Assembly: GCA_965153355.1 (NCBI GenBank)
Contig: OZ231126.1
Coordinates: 6,572,001-6,636,000 of the forward strand
Direction: 5' to 3'
Origin: Flaccisagitta enflata
Taxonomy: Eukaryota
DNA length: 64,000 bases
The number at the start of each line of letters is the position of its first letter. Within the stretch, counting starts at the first letter, position 1. The notes under the pieces are model-generated. The model was not told where the DNA came from. It made no database searches and saw nothing but the letters and a program-made list of their open reading frames with translations. Shown piece after piece: positions 55,310-64,000 of this stretch. A program made the translations under genes and the position numbers.

Positions 55310-56180
55310 CTCATCGGTCTTGCGTCGGTCTTTTGTTTACTGCTCTACTTTTCCTCCAAGGTGAATCTTTTATCTCGCTCCCAACTTCACTTCCTTGTCC
55401 TTTACAGGAACGCATTCTCGCACTATGGGATCATTTTGCTCCTGACTTCACTTCCTTGTCCTTTACAGGAACGCGTTCTCGCACTATGGGCCAAGCTCTC
55501 ATCTCTTGCGTCGGTCTTTTGTTTACTGCTCTACTTTTCCTCCAAGGGATCATTTTGCTCCCAACTTCACTTCCTTGTCCTTTACAGGAACGCGTTCTCG
55601 CACTATGGGATCATTTTGCTCCCAACTTCACTTCCTTGTCCTTTACAGGAACGCGTTCTCGCACTATGGGATCATTTTGCTCCTGACTTCACTTCCTTGT
55701 CCTTTACAGGAACGCATTCTCGCACTATGGGATCATTTTGCTCCTGACTTCACTTCCTTCTCCTTTACATGAGAGCATTCTTGCACTCTGAGATTATTTT
55801 GCTCCTGACTTAACTTTCCTCTCCTTTACATGAGAGCATTCTTACACTATAAGATCATTTTGCTCCTGACTTCACTTTCTTCTCCTTTACATGAGAGCAT
55901 TCACGCAATATGGGATCATCTTGCTCCTGACTTCACTTTCTTCTCCTTTACATTCTTGCTCCAAATTTCACTTCCTTTTTCTTTTCATTCTAGAACTATG
56001 GGATTATCCGGCTCCCAACTATACCACCTTCTCCTTTATAAAAACACTAACGCATTCTCGCACTATGGGATCAGCTTGCTTCCAACTTCACTTCCTTCTC
56101 CTTTATTAAAACGCATTCTTTCACTATGGGATCATCTTGCAATTGCTCTTGACTTCTCTTTCTTTTATTACAGGAATTTA
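55310..56180. repeat. Roughly 61-bp minisatellite with a divergence gradient
   Basis: GGGATCATTTTGCTCCTGACTTCACTTCCTTGTCCTTTACAGGAACGCGTTCTCGCACTAT repeated and degenerating to the right. Confidence 0.88.
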
Positions 56181-57117
56181 TTTGTGCAAAAAGGAGTATT
56201 TTCCTTTACACAAATGCGTTCTCTCACTTCGAGATCATCTTGCTTTAATTTCGCTAGTTATATTCCTCCAGACATACATATTTTGACATTATGATTTCAT
56301 CTTGCTTCTTACCAATTAACAAACCTTGCCCCTCATTCAAATGTACTATTGCACTTAAGCAGAGAAGATTCATAATAAATCATTCTTTAGTGCATGAAAC
56401 TTATTATCTAGCTCAAAAATATAGACACAAGATAAGCATCAATTACTTTATTTAATAAATAGTGCATAATATAATTCTAAAATATAAGTTGGTGAGATCT
56501 TCCCAAAATTTTTAGCGCAATATTTTTAAAGCTTGCAGCTGACTTTGTGTGTTCTTTGTTTTGAGGCTGCTTCATTTAAGACCATAGCTCTTCAATGAGA
56601 TTTAGACTGGGGCTGTTTCCAGGCTAACTCCCAAAACAGTTGAAAACCTATTTTGTGTGCCATTGCCTCATTGTAGCAGCATAAAATGCTTGAGCGCTAT
56701 CTTTCACCAACTAACTGAATTTTTTTTGTTTTTCTTCATTTTTAGTAGCTATCTTGTTTTGTCTGTCATTTCTAAACACTTTGACTTAGAGGAACGCGGT
56801 TAGTGCCATTCGATCAGAAATTCGATCAAGTTTTTGAATCTCACTGAATTTTCTATAAATTTTTTATTCTAAGCGGAGATATTGCCCAAAACGCTTGTGT
56901 CTATACTTTTGAGCTAGATTGTAAGCGAGGATTAGAAATAAATCATCCTTCAGTGCATGAAACTTTAGCGAGGATCTTAAAACGACTCAATTCTGAATAC
57001 AAGTCTTTCCATTAACTCCCCAAAGGCGGGAGAACAGGTGGAAAGGGGAAGCACTGTGTGTGTGAGTGTGTGCCTGACTGCCTGTCCCCCTGTCCATGTG
57101 TGTATCAGTCTCACTGC

Positions 57118-57159
<42 letters not shown>

Positions 57160-57584
57160 ATTGAAGCCTTTGAATTGTCCTCTCCATATCAAGCCATCTT
57201 TGAATTTCTCCCTCTCATGATTTTTCTCACCAACTATCACTCTAGATATCAGCGAACTGCCGCCGCGATAACAACCAATTGCCACATCAACGGTTTGATT
57301 CATATTCAATTAATGTCAGAGATTTTATGAGGTTTCTACTTCATTTGATTTGTATCTTCTCGTTGTTACGGAAGAAAACATTTCAATTTCATTCTATCAC
57401 GATCACATTTACAGATAAACAATATTTTTTCTTTTTATTTCTTTTTTTTTCTCATTTGTCTCGGTCTCGTAATGAGCTCGCCATCTATCATAATTGAAGG
57501 ATATTTTTATTCTTTTTTGTCGCGTGCTACGTTATTCTACATCCCGCTAAGTCGGTTTGTCGGTTTGTCGGTTGGTTGGTCCCC

Positions 57585-58254
57585 TTTTTGGGCAGCGGCC
57601 CCAAAGGGCTGATGTCCTGTAGAACACAGGGGGGATTTCGAGACGTCCGTCCGTCCTTCCATCCTTCCGTCCTTCCGTCCTTCCGTCCTTCTGTCCCCCC
57701 CCCTGTTGACCATCAAGGCCTCAAATTGGCCTTCCCAGGCCTCAAATTAGCCATCCCAGGCCTTGAATTAGCCCTCCCAGGCCTCAAATTAGCCCTCTCA
57801 GGCCTCAAATTAGCCCTCCCAGGCCTCAAATTAGCTCTCCCTGGCCTCAATTTAGCCCTCCAGGTCTCAAATCAGCCCTTAGCCTTTAAATCAGCCCCCC
57901 CCATGCCTCAAATCTGCCCTCCAGACCTCAATTCTGCCCTCCAGACCTCAAATCTGCCCTCCAGATCTTCAATCAGCCTTCCAAGCATAAAACCAGCCCT
58001 CCAAACCCAAAATTTGCTCTCCAAGCCTTAATTATGCCCTCTCGCCCTCAAATATGCCTTCAGTGGCCTAAATCAGCTATCTAGAGCCCCCTCAAGACAG
58101 ACGGTAGGACGGACGTCTCGAAATTCCCCCCTGTGTTCTACAGGACATCGGCCCTTTGGGGCCGCTGCCCTGCTCTCACTCCACTTCTTCACTGGATCAC
58201 TCCAAGCAGGGCATTGGGTACCGCTGACCATGTGCGATCCTTGGATGACTAGTT
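57585..58254 (+). mobile_element. HINE-like family C nested in a family A-type element starting near 57515
   Basis: Full termini and 21-bp array. The host rejoins as GGTCCCCTTTTT/ACTTTT, matching the uninterrupted sequence near 59672. Confidence 0.8.
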
Positions 58255-58460
58255 ACTTTTTTGGCGTTTTTGAACTTTTAAAGCTTACTGCTCCTGCCCA
58301 AATGCCCCAGTGACCTTCTCCATTTCTTCTAATATCAATGTAATGGTTTTAGCGATTTGGCTGTCTGTGTATCTATCTGTCTATCTGTCTTCCTGTCGGT
58401 TTGAGTGTCTATCAGTATATTTGCTGGCTCGTGTGCTGACACCTTTCTCTCTCTTTTTTT

Positions 58461-59076
58461 TTTTAGGTGCGCCATAGCACCTCTATACGAGGCTCTGTCT
58501 GTCAGTCGGTCGGTTGGTCGGTTGGTCGGTCTGTAACGCTCAAGTTGAAAATCTCGAAAAGAAGCAAAAATCACTGGTTCAGAAATATGCCAGGTTGATT
58601 CCCTGATGCGCCATAGCACCTCTATAAGAGGCTCTGTCCGTCCATCCATCTGTCGGTTACGCTCAAATGAAAAATCGCTAAAAATGTTTGAAATAAATTG
58701 AAAACTCATTTTGTTTATGATTGATGATACTCGTCATTTCATTTACTAAAATATTAAGCTACGGTTAGGTCTGATGAAGCTGGGGATAGGTCAGATAGGT
58801 CTGGTGATAGGTCGGATAGGTCTGGAGATAGGTCCGATAGTGCTGGGGATAGGTCTGATAGAGCTGGTAATATGTCTGATAGAGCTCGGGATAGGTCTCA
58901 TAGAGTTTGGGATAGGTCTGATAGAGCTCGGGATCGGCCTGATAGAGCTCAGGACAGGTCTGATAGAGCTAGGGATAGGTCGGGTAGAACTAGGGATATG
59001 TCTCATGGAGCTAGGGATAGGTCTAAGAATAGATAACGCCCGGCGCACCGTCTTGGCCCGTGTATCCGGCCTTGTT
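58461..59076 (+). mobile_element. HINE family D, intact copy
   Basis: TTTTAGGTGCGCCATAGCACCT hairpin, GTCG microsatellite, 21-bp array, GGCGCACC and GGCCCGTGTATCCGGCCTTGTT. Confidence 0.85.
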
Positions 59077-59295
59077 TTCTCTCTCTCTCTCTCTCTCTCT
59101 CCATCTCACTTTCTCTCCCTTTTCTCGGTGACAAAATATTCAATTTTTCCTGCCAAGGTTGAGTAAAATAAATTTGATATTCAAATTTGGCAACAGGTTC
59201 ATTTTTCACCAATTTTGGCATCACGCATGAAAACTTCTATAAATAGATATTTTTGGTGAGTCGTTCCTTTAGAAAAATATACTAGAATCCTGAGA

Positions 59296-59501
59296 AACAA
59301 GGCCGGATACACGGCTACCCCAGTCGCGTGCGGGTGGGCTGGGGTCTCAATTGAGGTCACCAGATCATTTGGGCAGGAGCAGTGAGGCCAAAAACCCCAA
59401 AAACCTCCAAAAAGTAAAGTGTGACCGACGGACGGACGGACAGACGCAAGGACCGACAGACCGACAAAGCGGGGTGTAGAGTTGCGCAGCACACAACTAA
59501 A
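59296..59501 (-). mobile_element. HINE family A variant
   Basis: AACAAGGCCGGATACACGG...AGTCGCGTGCGGG ... GACG microsatellite ... GTAGAGTTGCGCAGCACACAACTAAA. Confidence 0.7.
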
Positions 59502-59573
59502 GAGTGCTATTGCTTATATTTTCTTTTGAGATCTTCTTCCACCTTAGAATATGAAAACAATTTGTTTTGCCTA

Positions 59574-60387
59574 CACTTTTTTTAGTCGCGTGCTACGCGA
59601 CTCTACACCCCGCTTTGTTGGTCCGTCGGTCGGTCCGTCGGTTGGTCGGTCGGTCGGTTGGTCGGTCGGTCGGTCCCTTTTTTACTTTTTTGTCCGTTAT
59701 GTCATTTTTTAAGTCATTGTAGGGTGTGTTAAGTAATTCTAAGTCATTGTAAGTCATGCCTAGTCATTCTAAGTCATTTTAAGTCATTTTAAGTCATTTT
59801 AAGTTATGTTTGCTCATTACGTCATTTAGTCAGTTTAAGTCCTTTTTGGTCATTTTAAGTCATTATAAGCCGTACTTAGTCATTCTAAGCCATTCTAAGT
59901 CATTCTAAGTCATTTTAAGCCTGTAAGTCTCGCACGCGACTTATAGGTGTTGGCCTTGTTTTTTTTATAAGAGACCAGTTTATAAGAGACATGAGCCTGA
60001 AATTTGCCAAAATTTTAAGAACAAAATAAGAAACAGCCCAGGCTGAGATTTAGTTTTGGCTATTTTCAAAAGAACTTTTTTTTTTAGTTTCTTATTTAAG
60101 ACATGAATTGTATTCAAATTCTTTAGAAATATAGGTTTTTTATTATCAAAAATGACTTCTTTTCCTAATTTGCCAATGAAATCAGGCATTATTTAAAAAA
60201 AAAACATGATGATTATCAAGTTTAAGATACAATTGTTATAAATAAGGTATTTTTATACGATTTTTATATTTGTAAACATCGAAGAAATTAAGAACATTTT
60301 AAGAGAATTTCAGGCTGAAAACAGCTGAAAAATTAAGAACACCCAGGCTGATTTCAAAAAAGTTGTCTCTTATAAAAAGAAAAAGTG
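59574..60387. mobile_element. MITE, TA-flanked, left TIR interrupted by a HINE
   Basis: TA-CACTTTT[HINE]TTTATAAGAGAC / GTCTCTTATAAAAAGAAAAAGTG-TA. Confidence 0.75.
59580..59960 (+). mobile_element. HINE family A inserted in the T run of a MITE TIR
   Basis: Full set of family A motifs; removing it restores CACTTTT...TTATAAGAGAC. Confidence 0.82.
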
Positions 60388-60493
60388 TATATTCGATTCA
60401 ATTCCTTTTTTTTTTAAATTCAGATATTATTTTAATCACAGGATCTGAGGAAAAAACGCCTGGCTATAGAGTGCGTGCAGGCGATTAACTAGC

Positions 60494-62244
60494 TTTTTAG
60501 TCGCGTGCACGCGACTCTACAACCCGCTCCGTCGGTCCGTCGGTCGGTTGGTCCGTCCGTCCGTCTGTCCGTCCGTATCACTTTGCTTTTTTTCATCTTT
60601 TTGGGTCGTCTGGAGTTATTTTGAGTCGTTTTTTGTTGTTTTTGGGAATTATTGGTTGCTTTTAGTCATTTTTGGTTATTTTTGGTCAGTTTTGGTCAGT
60701 TTTGGTCATTTTGGTCATTTTGGTCATTTTGGTCATTTTTGGTAATTTTTGGTCATTTTTGATTATTTTTGATTATTTTTGGTCATTTTTGGTCATTCTT
60801 GGTCATTTTTGGTCATTTTTTGTCATTTTTGGTCATTTTTGGTCATTCTTGGTCATTTTTGACCATTTTTGGTCATTTTTGGTCATTTTTGATCATTTTG
60901 GTCATTTTGGTCATTTTGGTCATTTTGGTCATTTTGGTCATTTTAGGTCATTTGGGTCATTTTTGGTCATTTTTGGTCATTTTTGGTCATTTTTGGTCAT
61001 TTTGGTCATTTTTGGTCATTTTTGGTCATTTTCGGTCATTTTGATCATTTTGATCGTTTTTGTTCATTTTTGTTCATTTTTGGTCAATTTTGGTTATTTT
61101 TGGTCAATTTTGGTTATTTTTGGTCATTTTGGTCATTTTTGATCATTTTTGGTCATTTTTGGTCATTTTTGGTAGTTTTCGGTTGTTTTTGGTCATTTTG
61201 GTCATTTTTGGTCATCTTTGGTCATCTTTGGTCATAAAGTCTGCTGGTTAAAGTCTGCTGGGTAAAGTCAGATGGTTAAAGTCTGCTGGTTTAAATCTGC
61301 TTGTTTGAATCTGCTGGTTTAAGTCTGCTGGTTTAAATCTAATGGGTTAAGTCTGCTGGTTAAAGTCTGCTGGTTTAAATCTGCTGGTTTAAGTCTGCTG
61401 GTTTAAGTCTGCTGGTTTAAATCTAATGGTATAAGTCTGCTGGTCTAATGGTTTAAGTCTGCTTGTTTAAGTCTGCTGGTTAAAATGATATTAAAGATAT
61501 ACTTATCGATAAGTATGGTTTAAGTCTGGTTTAAGTCTGGTTGAAGTCTGGTTTAAGCATGGTTTAAGTCTGGTTAAGTCTGGTTTAAGTCTGGTTTAAG
61601 ACTGGTTCATGTCTGATTTATGTCTGGTTTAGGTCTGGGTTAGGTCTGGTTTAGGTCTGGTGTATGTCTGGTTTTTGTCTGGTTTATGTTTGATTTAGGT
61701 CTGATTTAGGTCTGGTTTTGGTCTGGTTTCGGTCTGGTTTTGGTTTGGTTTCATTCTGGTTTGAGTCTGGTTTGAGTCTGGTTTGAGTCTGGTTTGATTC
61801 TGGTTTGAGCCTGGTTTGAGCCTGGTTTGAGCCTGGTTTGAGCCTGGTTTGAGCCTGGTTTGAGCCTGGTTTAAGTCTGGTTTAAGTCTGGTTTGAGTCT
61901 GGTTTGAGTCTGGTTTGAGTCTGGTTTGAGTCTGGTTTGAATCTGGTTTGAGTCTGGTTTGAGTCTGGATTGAGTCTGGATTGAGTCTGGATTGAGTCTG
62001 GATTGAGTCTGGTTTGAGTCTGGTTTGAGTCTGGCTTAAATATGGTTTATGTCTGGTTTATGTCTGGTTTATGTCTGATTTAGGTCTGTTTTTGGTCTGG
62101 TTTAATTCTGGTTTGAGTCTTGTTTGAGTCTGGTTTGGGTCTGTTTTGGGTTGCGTTTAAGTCTGATTTTCGTTAAAAAGATACAATAAGGAGTCAGGTC
62201 AGTTATTTTTGTCCTGCACGCGACTTATAGATGTTGGCCTTGTT
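60494..62244 (+). mobile_element. HINE family A expanded to 1.75 kb by three successive arrays
   Basis: Family A termini enclose (TTTTTGGTCA)n at about 60660-61235, (AAGTCTGCTGGTTT)n at about 61235-61480 and (GAGTCTGGTTT)n at about 61515-62150. Confidence 0.8.
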
Positions 62245-62446
62245 TGACCATAATGCCAAAGTATCTATTTATGTAACTTTTATGCATCACTCAATTCATT
62301 TATCTATGATCGGCTTTCGATCAACCTCGATAAATTTCAATATCCCCTTTCTCTCTATCTCAGTCTGTCTGTCTGTCTGTCTGTCCGTCCGTCCGTCCGT
62401 CCGTCCGTCCGTCCGTTCGTCCGTCCGTCCGTCCGTCCGTCCGTCC

Positions 62447-62538
<92 letters not shown>

Positions 62539-62874
62539 TTTCCGCGGTCTACATTTCGATCTTTATTTGTTTTTGATTGATTCATGGTAGCCATGAAGAG
62601 GCATGAATACTGATGATCAGCTTTTGGTGGCAGTGAAGATAGAAACTTGTATCGGCCGGCTGTGCTGCTTATCTTAGCTCTCTCTGTCTGTTTCTGTATC
62701 TGTCCCTCTCTCTGTCTGTTTTCATGTGTCTCTGAAAAAAACCCTAATAGATACTCTTCCCAATTTTTATCAGGAGTCAGTGAATTTCAATTCAGTTTAC
62801 TCAGAATTGTATAAAGGGTGTCATTATTTTGGTTAAAAGAATGGGCCAAGAAGCGCCAAAGTAATGGCTTATGC

Positions 62875-63070
62875 ATGGCCCAGGGCCAGGGAATAGCCCG
62901 GAATGTTTTGGTCATAGTCCAGGGACCGGGGATTGCACAGAGGTTTCCAGACATGGCCCAGAGTCTGAGGAAAGCCCAGAATTTTTTGGACATGGCCCAT
63001 GGCCTGGGGATTTTCCAGGCAAAGCCCAGGGTCTTGAGATTGCTCAGTATTTTCCGCGCATGGCCCAGGT
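62875..63070. repeat. Roughly 30-bp degenerate tandem repeat
   Basis: CATGGCCCAGGG units. Confidence 0.65.
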
Positions 63071-63439
63071 CACGAAATAGGGTCAAATTTAAAGAAATGA
63101 TAGACTCTAGTTTTTTGCATAAATGCACCAAAAAAGGTTTTCCCACAAGTAGAGGTCTGAATTTGAAGATTACAAAAGAAAAAAAGGAAGAGATTCTTTG
63201 AACAGCTACACCCGGTCAAACCAAATTGAAGGGTAGTAAAAATCTGTCTATAATGGACTTTCATTCTTAGTCCCTTCATTTCATTTCTTTTCATTGCTTT
63301 TGTTGGAAATAATGGAATTCCGTCTATTACCAATAGAATTTGTTGGTGCCTTGACAACTGCTATTGTGGGGTTCACCTGTAGTTTTGTATAAGTGCCATA
63401 CTTAGGCATTGTTGGATTGGAAGGCAATAAAACAAATGT

Positions 63440-64000
63440 GTCATTTTTCCCATTTTTGTTGTAGTTTGGCACTCTGTGCATTCTTGGAGTGACAATAAGG
63501 AGGATAGGAAAGTTAGGCACAAACAAGTTAATCTTGCCACTTTTGTTCAAGTTGGGCACTCTCGGCATTCTTGGAGTGACAAGTGGGAGGAAAGGAAATT
63601 TAGGCACAAATCAGTTAATTTCGCCATTTTTGTTCTAGTTTGACACTCTGTGCATTCTTTGAGTGACAAGTAAGAGGAATGGAAAGTTAGGCACAAATCA
63701 GTTAATCTCGCCATTTTTGTTCTAGTTTGGCACTCTGTGCATTCTTGGAGTGACAAGTGGGAGGAAAGGAAAGTTAGGCACAAATCAGTTAATCTCGCCA
63801 TTTTTGTTCTAGTTTGGCACTCTGTGCATTCTTGGAGTGACAAGTGGGAGGAAAGGAAAGTAAGGCACAAATCAGTCAATCTCGCCATTTTTGTTCTAGT
63901 TTGACACTCTGTGCATTCTTGGAGTGACAAGTAAGAGAAAAGGAAATTTAGGCACAAATCAGTTAATCTCGCCATTTTTGTTCTAGTTTGGCACTCAGTG
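63440..64000. repeat. 87-bp minisatellite running off the window end
   Basis: GGCACAAATCAGTTAAT at 63603, 63690, 63777 and onward. Confidence 0.92.

Noticed and set aside
54346..55747. 461-aa and 322-aa T/V/A-rich ORFs resembling antifreeze or mucin repeats
   Set aside because: A stop-free 21-bp minisatellite is open on both strands and merges into other repeats; there is no independent coding evidence, although expression cannot be excluded.
55310..56180. CRISPR-like regularly spaced repeats here and in other minisatellites
   Set aside because: Units are contiguous without unique spacers; no cas genes; eukaryotic context.
58774..59166. Leucine-zipper-like ORF (LIELGIG)n, also at 39602-39790
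   Set aside because: Translation of the 21-bp family D array.
63547..63975. Cys-repeat ORF (ECTEC) suggestive of zinc fingers
   Set aside because: Translation of the 87-bp minisatellite; it lacks a consistent finger spacing.

Overview
Repeat-saturated eukaryotic (probably invertebrate animal) intergenic or intronic DNA. The only recognisable protein-coding sequence is one nearly full-length, minus-strand non-LTR retrotransposon of the Jockey/I group (about 39778-47168). It carries a gag-like ORF1 with three zinc knuckles and an APE-RT ORF2, each with one disabling lesion. It sits inside the 21-bp minisatellite of a non-autonomous element and has a 9-bp candidate target-site duplication. The rest of the window holds more than 20 DINE-1/Helentron-like (HINE) non-autonomous elements from at least four families, each with its own internal tandem array. 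It also holds several TIR-bearing MITEs (some nested), a foldback-like element, a roughly 6-copy 956-bp hairpin-rich tandem array, a 1.42-kb tandem duplication, many minisatellites and very long microsatellites. Almost all ORFs in the supplied track are translations of simple repeats. A few splice-site-like signals hint at a host transcription unit, but no host gene could be identified. I found no convincing new protein-coding system; the most unusual signals are structural. All coordinates were read by eye and may be off by a few bases.
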